From Atractiella rhizophila (taxonomy: Eukaryota): a stretch of DNA of 39,340 nt. The notes below the pieces were generated by a model. That model saw only the letters and a list, made by a program, of their open reading frames with translations, was not told the origin of the DNA and ran no database searches. Position 1 is the stretch's first letter. Each line of letters opens with the position of its first letter. Positions 1 to 10,943 of the stretch are shown here, one piece after another. Both the position numbers and the translations under genes were made by a program. Location of the stretch: assembly GCA_021432655.1 (NCBI GenBank), contig MU271201.1, forward strand, positions 110,429-149,768. The letters are read 5' to 3'.

Positions 1-310
1 AGCCTTTGCCAGTTGCTGAATCCCCTTTGCTGACTTTCAAGCGCACATAACGATCGATGGATGCAGCGTCAGGCCAGTCTGCCTCCGTGGCGATGATTGA
101 GAAACCGTGCTTTTCGATCAAACGGCGCGTGATGGCGGCACGTGCAGTGTAGAACTCGGAGGTTCCGTGCGAAGCCTCGCCGAGTAGGACGATGCGGGAT
201 GAGGAGAAGGAATCGATGAAAGGCGCGAAATTGGGAGAGTTGATTGAAGGTAGAGGACGTATTGCGGATTTGAGAGATTCCATGCTTGTTTTTGAAGGCC
301 TCAAGCCCAT
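1..310 (-). CDS. Erythromycin esterase (EreA/EreB-like) family protein, 5' part; continues off the left edge
   Basis: Translation [22 protein letters not shown]...[51 protein letters not shown] contains the LGEASHG and EADWPDA family motifs. An in-frame TAG just upstream puts the start at 310 or the next Met. Confidence 0.85.
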   Translation of the reverse strand, partial: MGLRPSKTSMESLKSAIRPLPSINSPNFAPFIDSFSSSRIVLLGEASHGTSEFYTARAAITRRLIEKHGFSIIATEADWPDAASIDRYVRLKVSKGDSATGKG

Positions 311-955
311 GAACTAGGATAACAACTCAGAAAATGCACCAACTTGAATTTTGCGGGGCCTGTGTGGAACTTGCTGGAGGAACAAAGTCGCCAGAACAAA
401 GGCCCTATTCCCTAAATAAAGCTTCTCATAGCTTTTCTCCTCTCAGATTACGAGGCGACCTGAAAGAGATGGTGGAAAAAATACGAAGAAAGAAGCAGGG
501 AAAAGGCAAAACCTGAGCTCATGAGGCGGCCAGATGACGTAACGTGTTATGCGCTGACGCGGTGTGTTGTACGAAATTCAACGAGGTACAATACAGTGTG
601 AGGCTACTGCATATATATCACGCAGATGTGGATTGTGGCGTTGCTGCTGCTTCTTAAATGGTGCTCCGAGTGCATTTACTCAAAGTCAGCATTCCATTCC
701 AAGTTCTGACAGAAAACGGTTATAGCCACAGTCTTCGTCATCCACCCAGTACCTGTCCATAAAAGGCTTTGATGGTCTAACCCATGTCCCATCCACAAAG
801 TCTATTCCTGTATTTCTCCAGTGACTTTGTTCAGTTTACTCTCAGACTATTTTTCAATCACTTTCAATCCGTTGATGCGCGTAGTCTGAAAGAAAGTAGA
901 GCCAATTTCCGTTGCTCACTGTCCCTGCTATTAGAGTGTACTAGAGAAGTATAAT

Positions 956-1646
956 ATGTTTTATTCTACTGTGAGTCGCCCTTGGCTGCTCCTTATGCTT
1001 CGGCTGGGCACTTTAGTAGCAAAGGAGGTCCATAAGGAGCCTCTTTCCGCCGCATTTGGGTCTTGCGAAGATTGTGAAGGGACGCGTTGCATTGTGTTAT
1101 ATGGACGTATATGGTTAAGAAACAACTGTTCCTCGGTCATCGCGTAGTTATGAGGGCACTTGCGGCTGTCACGCCGTTACTCGATATTTTGTAGGATCTG
1201 ACCGTCACGAAATTCTGTACAGGACATTCTTTCCCGTTCAACCCAAGGTTTCGGCATCTATTGGTCTGTCCCATTTCTACTCACGCGTTCTCCTCCCAAA
1301 ATTGACGCGCTCTGTTTCGGTGTTTAGGCTTGCGGCGACTCTTGGTGCACGGTCTCAATTACGAAGATTGACGAAGAAGGAACTGTTGAGCGCTTCCATC
1401 ACGAGTGCATGGTCTGTCTTCCCTTTATTTGAACCATTAGGGCTTTGAAATTGACGAGTTGGTGGAGTGAACAGTGCAAAGCTTGCAGCACCCACGGAAC
1501 CGCTCGCGCTCAGGCTTAGTGCCAGCCTGCTCATGGGCATTGCGAGAGTGTACGGCCAACAGTGGACGCTTTGGATCGCAGACTGCGAAGCTTTGAAGTC
1601 TTCGTTGAAGCGAAGCCGTGCAGAGAGGAGGTCTTTGAGGACTTGA
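956..1646 (+). pseudogene. Truncated REC8 duplicate: exons 1-4, N-terminal kleisin domain only, 103 aa if spliced
   Basis: Same exons and splice sites as 2945..3605. The frame crosses the junction at 1612 into antisense esterase sequence (SRAERRSLRT) and stops at TGA 1644-1646. Confidence 0.8.
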
Positions 1647-2347
1647 ACCACTCCAGATTCGCAAAAAGAATGTTTCTTCGACCTCACTGCCAGGCCATAA
1701 TATTGGGGTTCGTGAACGTATGGCGCGAGACAACCGTATTGCTTGCGCGCTTGTGCCGCAGAGTCCTTTCACGCACACAACCAATCAGTCCACCGGGAAG
1801 GATGACGGAAGAGAGACCGCACCGGATCATGTTCATCCAGATAGTCAATCACCGCTCTGATGCTCGCATTGAGCGAATACAAGTCCAATCCAGCCCACCT
1901 CACCCTCTCGTCGTCTCCTACTCCCGTATTACGCCTTCTCACCCACTCTGCAAACTCAGCCACCTCCTCATTCCGCCACATCCAGGTAGGGAATCTGCTG
2001 AATGGTGGTTCGGCGCGTTCCCTCAAGCCTTTGCCAGTTGCTGAATCCCCTTTGCCGACTTTCAAGCGCACATAACGATCGATGGATGCAGCGTCAGGCC
2101 AGTCTGCCTCCGTGGCGACGATTGAGAAACCGTGCTTTTCGATCAAACGACGCGTGATGGCCGCGCGTGCAGTATAGAACTCGGAGGTTCCGTGCGAAGC
2201 CTCGCCGAGTAGGACGATGCGGGATGAGGAGAAGGAATCGATGAAAGAAGCGAAATTGGGGGAGTTGATTGAAGGTAGAGGGCGTACTGCGGACTTGAGA
2301 GATTCCATGCTTGTTTTTGAAGGCTTCGAGCCCATCAGCGAGCCCAT
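1355..2347 (-). pseudogene. 3'-truncated erythromycin esterase duplicate fused to antisense REC8 sequence
   Basis: ORF 1769..2422 carries the family motifs. After a GTGCGG..AAG intron the next exon reads DSAAQARKQYGCLAPYVHEPQYYGLAVRSKKHSFCESGVVQVLKDLLSARLR, then switches at 1612 to antisense REC8 (FNEDF...) until the stop at 1355. Confidence 0.8.
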
Positions 2348-2944
2348 GAACTTGGATAACAATTCAGAAAATGCACCAACTTGAATTTTGCAGGGCCTGT
2401 GTGGAACTTGCTGGAGGAACAAAGTCGCCAGAACAAAGGCCCTATTTCCTAAATAAAGCTTCTCATAGCTTTTCTCCTCTCAGATTACGAGGCGACCTGA
2501 AAGAGATGGTGGAAAAACTACGAAGAAAGAAGCAGGGAAAAAACTTGAGCTCATGAGGCGGCTAGATGACGTAACGCAATACAGTATGAGGCTACTGCAT
2601 ATCTATCACTCAGATGTGGATTGTGGCGTTGCTGCTGCTTCTCAGATGGTGCTCCGAGTGCATTTACTCAAAGTCAGCATTCCATTCCAAGTTCTGACAG
2701 AAAACGGTTTTCAGCCAGTCCTCGTCATCCATCCAGTACCTGTCCATATAAGGCTTTGATGGTCTAACCCATGTCCCCATCCACAAAGTCTATTCCTGTA
2801 TTTCTCCAGTGACTTTGCTCAGTTTACTCTCAGACTATTTTTCAATCACTTTCAATTCGTTGATGCGCGTAGTCTGAAAGAAAGTAGAGCCAAATTTCCG
2901 TTGCTCGCTGTCGCTGCTACTAGAGTGTACTAGAGAAGTATAAT

Positions 2945-5900
2945 ATGTTTTATTCTACTGTGAGTCGCCCTTGGCTGCTCCTTGTGCTTCGGCTGGGCAC
3001 TTTAGTAGCAAAGGAGGTCCATAAGGAGCCTCTTTCCGCCGCATTTGGGTCTCGCGAAGATTGGTAAGGGACGCGTTGCATTGTACTATATGGACGTATA
3101 TGGTTGAGAAACAACTGTTCCCTCGGTCATCGCGTCGTTATGAGGGCACTCGCGGCTGTCACACCGTTACTCGATATTTTCTAGGATCTGACCGTCACGA
3201 AATTCTGCACAGGACATTCTTTCCCGTTCCACCCAAGGTTTCGGCATCTATTGGTCTGTCCCATCTCTACTCACGCGCTCACGCGTTCTCCTCCCAAAAT
3301 TGACGCGCTCTCGGGTTTAGGCTTGCGGCGACTCTTGGTGCACGGTCTCAATTACGAAGATTGACCAAGAAGGAACTGTTAAGCGCTTCCATCACGAGTG
3401 CATGGTCTGTCTTCCCCTTATTTGAACCATTAGGGCTTTGAAATTGACCAGTTGGTGGAATGAACAGTGCAAAGCTTGCAGCACCCACGGAACCGCTCGC
3501 GCTCAGGCTCAGTGCCAGCCTGCTCATGGGCATTGCGAGAGTGTACGGCCAACAGTGGACGCTTTGGATCGCAGACTGCGAAGCTTTGAAGTCTTCGTTG
3601 AAGCGTGCTGTACATGTAGCCACGATGTTTGTCTTTCTTCATCTGGTTCTTTTTCTACGTTGATGCGATTATGAATGACATAGAGAAGAGAAGGGAAAGG
3701 AAGGGTTGGATATGCCCCATCCTCAGGCTAGAAAAGAGGCGATTACGAGAGGAGAGGCGTTCGAAGTGGGAGATTACGCAGGATGGGTACGAGCAATCAT
3801 TCCACCATCTTCTTTACAATGGTAACCTCTGACCACCGATAGACGTATGATCCTTACGCTTGGTTCCTCGTGGAGCAACAATGGACGGGTCGGGCAACTC
3901 CTGTTGATGATGAAGGAGAAGAGGGATGGTTTGGTTTGTAAAATTGGATTTTGTTATCAGTGCTTATGTATGGGGTAGAACCGTATGCCCCTTCTGAGGC
4001 ACCACCATCGACTGTAGAACAGAAGCGCGCAGCTGAAAGCGGCAAGAGGAAGAGGCGACCAACGACCGTGGCTAGTAATGAAGAGATCAGTCTGCGAGAG
4101 GAAGACCTAAACTACAATTATTCCGTTTGTTTCCCTAAACTCTTAAGTCATGGATGTATTGAAGTTGTATGTAGCAAGATAGGGAGGACGATGCGTTGAG
4201 AATGGAAGACCTTGGTCTCGAAAGTGACATGGGATGGGAAGGCAGGGTCCGTTTCATTCCTGTTCCCCTCCTTTGGCCTCGTCGTTAACTGATAAAATCT
4301 CCGTAATGCCTAGGGTCTCCTCGCCGGTCTCGATGCGGAGCTTGACGCGCAACTGGGAATCCTTGACGAAGCGGAGCTGCAGATGCCGATGGACGAGGGA
4401 GGGTTTGCACTGGATCAGCAAGGGGATGTGAGTTTTGCAACGGATGGGGGAATGGATTTTGGGATGGGTTTCGATGTCGGTGCTCCTGGGTAGGGCTTTT
4501 AGGTTCCTCCGAGCCATATTAAATGAAGAAGCAGCACGGGAAGTTTGAGCGGAAGTGGAGCTGTGCTATTGGGGATGGATGAGACGCATGCGCTTTACGA
4601 AAAAGACCAGCAAGGCGAAGGAATGAGTGCCGGAGATGCAAAGGCGAGGAAGAGGAGACGTGCAGAATCACCCTTCGTAATCTCCTGTTCTTCTGTCCGC
4701 GTTCAACCTGATTGGAGCTGGGCAGGAAGAAGAAGAAGTGGTTCAACTTCCTACCCCGAAGGAGTGGAAAAAGAAAGCTCGACGAACTTTCCATCTCGAT
4801 CGAGCGACCAGCTTAGCATCCGCCGAGGTTCGCGGATTGGAGAGTTATAGGGAATTGATGGAACAGGAGAGAGGTGAGAAGCAGGAAAGAGAGAAAAGGA
4901 AGGAGGGAGAAGAACTTGCAAGGAAGCTTGTTTTAGGTTCCCACAGCCTTTTTGATGTCGAAGGTGCTTTTTCATTTCACAATCGGTCATGAGCTGATTG
5001 TGACGGTTACAGGCGCAGGGGGAGAGCTTGACAATTGTTCGTTAGCCTAACCTTTCTGTCTCGGTCATTGACGGTGTTCCCAGTCTTCAAGGATAGCGTC
5101 GACGCAATTTGTTCGTTCTCATTCATGTCCCCACAGATTCCTTACACCCTTCGTAGTGAAAGCCAGGCGGGAGGCTCGCCAGGGTTTCGAAGACTCGCCG
5201 TCAAGGTCCATTACCCGCTCCCAACGACGCGGTCGCCCTCGCATCCAGATAACTTCTCCTTTTCCCAGCTCTCGTCCTTCTCCTCGAGACATCCCTCCGT
5301 TTGATCCACAATTAATGGATGTCGACTTTCCTTCTGTCGCTACTGGGGTGATGGGAGATTTTTCGTTTAACGATCAACTCCCTGCAATGTTAACCGAGAT
5401 GGAGGGAGAGTTTCTTCCGCTGACTAGGAGAGAAGAAGAAGAGTTGATGGACGACTTGGAGATCAGAAGAGCGGGGGATGTCGATTCCCAGAGTCAAAGG
5501 AGTTCGATCATGCCCTGGAATAGAAGAGCATCTGCTGTCGGCGGTAGCGACGTTGGATATGGTAACCACTTTCTCCCAATCGGTGTGCCACTTCGGTTGA
5601 TGGTAATGTCGCCGCAGCCCCGTACATCCCTGGCGCCGGAAGCAGTTATACAGGCGGAAGTCGAGCGAGAGGTAGCTCTCAACTAGAGACGCCTGGATAT
5701 CTGAGGTTGGTTTAACCGTGCAGGACGACCGATAACTGAAGGAAAGTTAGGAGTGGGAGCCGAGGCGGAAGATTCAGCTCTGTGCAACCTGCGCCATCTC
5801 CACTCGCCGCCATGGGAGGGGTGACCAATGGTGGTGTCGATTTTGAAGGTGCTGCATATCTCTCCTCTGCATAATAAGCGAGGCTCACTCGATGGATAGA

Positions 5901-6255
5901 GGAAGACGATAGCCAGGGATTCCTTCCACCTCTGCAGCGCGAAACGTTTAACTTTCTCGAGTTAGTTTCGCTGTTCCGAGGGGTCCAGAATGAGAAATCT
6001 GACGCAGGTTCTCGCAGGTTCGCCAAAGCTCAGAGAGATGAACTCAAACTTCCCGGAGACTTCCACTTCTCCGACATTGCTCCTATCGCTGCGACAGATC
6101 CTGCAGTTGCTGCTCAAGCATTCTACCATGTACTCATGTTCGTATTTTGTATCATTATCAATAGATCCCCTGACATGGGATACAGGCTTACGTCCAAAGG
6201 TTTGATGACTACGCATCAAGAAGAGGCCTTTGGCGAGATCATCATCTCATTTTAA
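2945..6255 (+). CDS. REC8: Meiotic cohesin kleisin subunit Rec8 (Rad21/Rec8 family), multi-exon
   Basis: Spliced N-terminus MFYST-DILSRSTQGFGIYW-LAATLGARSQLRRLTKKELLSASITSAC-AKLAAPTEPLALRLSASLLMGIARVYGQQ fits Rad21_Rec8_N, and the WLAATLG form is Rec8-like. The C-terminal winged helix reads AAQAFYHVLMLTSKGLMTTHQEEAFGEIIISF*. A possible separase ExxR site is DDLEIRR. I could join all exons in frame. Confidence 0.9.
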
Positions 6256-6742
6256 CCGGAACCTCAACTCCTCTGATGTTCCATCCGTTGGTTCAGCCTG
6301 TCTCGAATCTATGCGATTATTTTATCACTTATCACGTTCTTTCGTCTGCTCAAAACGTATTTCACAACAGCACATTATCAATATCTCAGGCATCTGTACC
6401 TATTAGCAACTGTCGTACGTTCCAATCATGAATATTTACTCTGCAATGCATGTGAGACCTCCTCTGTTCTCTCACAAACTGTCACTCATTTCAATGAGCA
6501 AAGTAACTTGATATCTAAATCAGGTGTCTCTGACGAAGATATTATTCTGTTTAAGCCATCATCTACATCCATGTCTTCAGGCTTTTCAAGGCCGTCAGAA
6601 GCATCAATCTCTCTCTCCTCAAGCTCGGGATCATCGAGTGATTGAAAGACGTAGTGCGCTGCATCAAGAACGATGAAGGATTTGGGATAATGGCAAAACA
6701 CAGTGCATTTGTCTCATCTACCTAAAGCGATAATAACAGACA

Positions 6743-7839
6743 TTAGGTTGTAGTCAGTGTTTGCTGCTGTATGCGCCGGTTTTGTACATAACACCGAAAG
6801 AGAGTCCAGACAAGTCCAAAAAGGAACGCTTCACAGAAAATTAATCGAAGCCAATCTTCAAAAGTGAAGTTCCTCGTGACGACCATCACCATGCACACAA
6901 GGCCAGCCAAGAGGAAATTCATCTATTTACAGGAGTGAGCAGACATTTGAGAGGGATGAGTTAGAAACGACGTACTATCACCGTGGGAGGCACCATCGCA
7001 ATATACCCAATACCCATCTGATTGCGGTATCCAACCAAACCCCAGTTGTGCTGTACCACTGGGAAATAATGTTCTTTCGCAAAATACCGCTCCGCCCATT
7101 CCAAGCTGTACTTGCTCCGGAGAGGTGGAGGTTCTTCGCACTCGTCCTCGCTTTGAGCGCTTTGTAGATCTCTCAATTTCTGTAGATGGGCGGCAGTCTC
7201 TTCTGCGACCTGTTTATTGAGCGCCTGCCTGGGATTAGCGAGGCATGTAGGACGAAACCGATCCTTGACTCACCCTCTGAACCAACATTATGTTCACCAA
7301 TATGGGAGATGGATTCATCGGCGTTGAATGCATGATTGCCTGCTGAAACGCTTTGGATTCGTGATAATCATGCACCGTGAACTAAGGTGGAAAGAATTCA
7401 TAAGGGTCATTGAATGATCAAAGGACGAACTTCATGGTACACAGGCGGTTTCATTCTCAGTTCCAGCTTTTGCTGCGCTATCGCTTCCTCTACCTCTGAC
7501 GGATATCTACCATGCTTCAAGCGGCGAGAGGAGGAGAGGAGGGGTCGAGGAATTTGATTGCTTGTCTGTCCCAGAGAAGGTCAGGGCTCGTCCATCCCTG
7601 ATGATGAATGAAGAGCGCACTTTTTTCATTAACTTCAATGCCTTGAATTTGTTCTTCGCCCAATTCTTCACATTCGTCGCAACCTTCCTCGCCTTGGCTT
7701 TGTTACGTGGCTTCTTCCCAACCATTAGACAAGGCCATGAAGAAAAGAAGGAAACACGCACATCTGCACTGTTACCTCGACCTACAGCGTCCTCAGGAAA
7801 GTCAAAGACGGGTAGATCTTCCAGCTCTGAATCTGACAT
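6743..7839 (-). CDS. Hypothetical multi-exon protein with C-terminal hydrophobic segments
   Basis: Exons MSDSELEDLPVFDFPEDAVGRG..., KARKVATNVKNWAKNKFKALKLMKK, ...EWAERYFAKEHYFPVVQHNWG..., MNFLLAGLVCMVMVV...FLFGLVWTLFRCY..TTT* are separated by GT..AG introns. The 3' end is tentative. Confidence 0.55.
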
Positions 7840-8312
7840 GGTTGCGGTGGAAAAGCAAATTGAAGGAGGGTTTTTTGGGGAGAGGGACGTTCACAGTTCT
7901 TATCTCTGTTCGATGTCGGAAGTCGGGACAGCTATAGATGGGAAGGTCGGGACGCAACTGTCGGGACTGGTGTTGAGATTATGTCATCGGGGGTACATGG
8001 CATTAGCGCAACCTAGGCGAATGCAGTAAACGTAAACGAGAGGGGTGACCTGAGGTGACGATACAATAAGGAGAAACGACACCGACGACTCGAGGAATCG
8101 TCCAAATGGGAGAAAGCTGGAAGGTTAAAGTGCTGAGTGGCAGCCGTTTTCTTTGGGCTGAACTTTGTTGGAGCGATCTGAGTGAGACATTCCCAAGCTC
8201 GCCACTTGCGTCAGGCTTTAATAGATAGAAGGCTTCTTTCCAGGACCACCACCTCCGCTTTCCATCCCCCATTCGATTCCATCAGATTTTGCCTGTCGAA
8301 CGTCAAACAAGC

Positions 8313-8697
8313 ATGGGAGAGCGGTCAAAGAAGCCACAAAGTTGGTCAAAATTTTTCTCCAAACTTTTCTTGCCCTTCCCTGAATGGAAACGTAGACCGG
8401 GTATGGTATGCCATTCTCTCTCCTTCATGGCCTACAGCTGAACTAACAGCGTGAAAGGATCCTTTTCCCATCAGACTCATTGGGACCATTCTTTGTAACG
8501 CCTACATATTGTTCCTCGTGATCGTCACGTACCGCTACACCAGATATTGCGGATTCGTTTTACTCTGGCACTTGTATTGGATCCCCTTTGCCTTTTTCAG
8601 CCTTCCATTTGCGACCGAGGAAATTTGGGAGGATATCACGAGCTGCTCTCTAAGAAGCGTACCGCCAGCCGTTCTCCTCTTTTTAATGATTCTATGA
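8313..8697 (+). pseudogene. 3'-truncated duplicate of the 9662..10347 gene
   Basis: MGERSKKPQSWSKFFSKLFLPFPEWKRRP exon plus exon 2 ending VLLFLMIL at a TGA created at the duplication junction. Confidence 0.7.
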
Positions 8698-9186
8698 AAC
8701 GCTTTGGATTCGTGATAATCATGCACCGTGAACTAAGGTGGAAAGAATTCATAAGGGTCATTGAATGATCAAAGGACGAACTTCATGGTACACAGGCGGT
8801 TTCATTCTCAGTTCCAGCTTTTGCTGCGCTATCGCTTCCTCTACCTCTGTTGGATATCTGCCGTGCTTCAAGTGGCGAGAGGAGGAGATGACGGGTCGAG
8901 GAATTCTGCTGCTTGTCTGTCCAAGAGAAGGTCAGGGCTCGTCCATCACTGATGAATGAAGAGCGCACTTTCTTCATTAATTTCAATGCCTTGAATTTAT
9001 TCTTCGCCCAATTCTTCACATTCGTCGCAACCTTCTTCGTCTTGACTTTGCTACGTGACTCCTTCCCAACCATTAGACAAGACCATGAGAAAAGAAGGAA
9101 ACACGAACATCTGCATTGTCACCTCGACCTACAGCGTCCTCAGGAAAGTCAAAGACGGGTAGATCTTCCAGCTCTGAATCTGACAT
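8535..9186 (-). pseudogene. 3'-truncated duplicate of the 6743..7839 gene, running into antisense sequence of the neighbouring gene
   Basis: Second MSDSELEDLP start at 9186. The frame HDYHESKAF switches at the junction to HRIIKKRR... and stops at 8535. Confidence 0.7.
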
Positions 9187-9661
9187 GGTCGCAGTGGAAA
9201 AGCAAATTGGACGAGGGTTCTTTGGGCAGACGGGACGTTCGCGGTTCATATCTCTGTTCGATGTCGGAAGTCGGGACAGCTATAGATGGGAAGGTCGGGA
9301 CGCAACTGTCGGGACTGGTGTTGAGATTATGTCATCGGGGGTACATGGCATTAGCGCAACCTAGGCGAATGCAGTAAACGTAAACGAGAAGGGTGACCTG
9401 AGGTGACGATACAATAAGGAGAAACGATACCGACGACTCGATGAATCGTGCAAATGGGAGAAAGCTGGAAGGTTAAAGTGCTGAGTGGCAGCCGTTTTCT
9501 TTGGGCTGAACTTTGTTGGGAGCGATCTGACTGAGACATTCTCAAGCTCGCCACTTGCGTCAGCCTTTAATAAATAGAGGGCTTGTTTCCAGGATTACCA
9601 CCTCTGATTTCCATCCCCCATTCGATTCCATCAGATTTTGCCAGTCGAAAGTCAAACAGGC

Positions 9662-10347
9662 ATGGGAGAGCGATCAAAAAAGCCACAAAGTTGGTCAAAA
9701 TTTTTCTCCAAACTTTTCTTGCCCTTCCCTGAATGGAAACGTAGACCGGGTATGGTATGCCATTCTCTCTCCTTCATGGCCTACAGCTGAACTAACAGCG
9801 TGAAAGGATCCTTTTCCCATCAGACTCATTGGCACCATTCTTTGTAACGCTTACATATTGTTCCTCGTGATCGTCACGTACCGCTACACCAGATATTGCG
9901 GATTTGTTTTACTCTGGCACTTGTATTGGATCCCCTTTGCCTTTTTCAGCCTTCCATTTGCGACCGAGGAAATTTGGGAGGATATCACGAGCTGCTCTCT
10001 AAGAAGCGTACCGCCAGCCGTTCTCCTCTTTTTAATGATTCTCAACGTCTATGAACGAACCTACTTCTGGTTCAACCTCGTACCGTTCAGGCTGCTCCCC
10101 GCCGCTGTGATACTCAGGGTGATTTTGGTCACGATCCAAAATGACTGGGCCGAGGAAAGGAGGAGGAATGAGCCCGATTGTTTTCAGGTCGTATATCCTC
10201 TACCCGACGAAGATGATCGCGATTATCAGCTCCGACTGGAAAAAGCGAACGCGGAGCGAGCCAAGCATGCTGCAAGTGCGCACTTCTGTTCGAGTCTGCG
10301 ACATGCTTTGACAAAAACACACAGAACGAGCGAAACCCAATGCATGA
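9662..10347 (+). CDS. Hypothetical membrane protein, about 3 exons
   Basis: ATG at 9662, a GTATGG..CAG intron, then a hydrophobic exon (ORF 9858..10424, several TM-like stretches). Probable last intron GTGCGC..ACAG and end KRAKPNA*. Confidence 0.6.
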
Positions 10348-10943
10348 CTCTTCGAGATCTCATTCAAATCTTTCGACGTTCAAGGTCACGCTGCAACAGA
10401 CTTTTTCAGTTTCACTTGTGCTAATATTGTTTTCTTCGAGTTCACACACTTTTGTAAAGCTCTCAGCCCATTTCTGCCAATATTTTCTCCTTTCCGCATT
10501 TCCAAGGTTCAAACAAAGATGTAAGCACTGTTCTCGTCTCTGTTCCGCTGTGACAGCAAGCGCAAAAGTGTTCTCCTTATTTTTTCCCCACTTCGAATTT
10601 CTTTTTGTTCAGGCCAGGTCTTAGCCCAACCGGTGGGCATAGAGGTCAGGATGTTCTCATGTCTCCATAATTCTATCCAGTATCCAAGTGCAATATGTAG
10701 CTTATCTTTGTATGGATGATTGACACGAATATCACCCAATATTCTGCCCTTGCGTCGTTTCTGCTGAGATGTAGTACCCACTTAGGGTAGGCAACAAAGA
10801 AGCAGCAGGACAAGTAACAATTCGTATAAAAGTGGTAAAGCGTTGCTGATTTTCCGAAGAAGAGGTAGGTATCGTTGACATTATAAACAAACAATTGACG
10901 TTCCCTAATAACACAACACAGAACATCGAAAGCGCACCTCACT

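Larger units (their letters stand above)
1..3605. repeat. Tandem duplication 1 (unit about 2.0 kb): copy A <1..1612, copy B 1613..3605
   Basis: Position 1 (agcctttgccagttgctgaatcccc) recurs at 2026. The copies stay colinear until cttcgttgaagcg (1612 vs 3605), with scattered substitutions and small indels. Confidence 0.95.
7344..10042. repeat. Tandem duplication 2 (unit about 1.35 kb): 7344..8693 and 8695..10042
   Basis: tgaaacgctttggattcgtg occurs at 7344 and 8695, and both copies end in ttttaatgattct (8693, 10042). One extra A sits at the junction. Confidence 0.95.

Noticed and set aside
334..516. Short ORF repeated at 2371..2556
   Set aside because: Its recurrence is explained by tandem duplication 1. 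It lies in the esterase upstream region and has no recognisable motif.
6486..6701. Acidic protein-like ORF
   Set aside because: I could not link it by splice sites to a neighbouring gene, and it has no motif.
7562..9377. Paired plus-strand ORFs of about 155 aa (7562..8029, 8913..9377)
   Set aside because: They are antisense shadows of the minus-strand gene and change frame between the copies.
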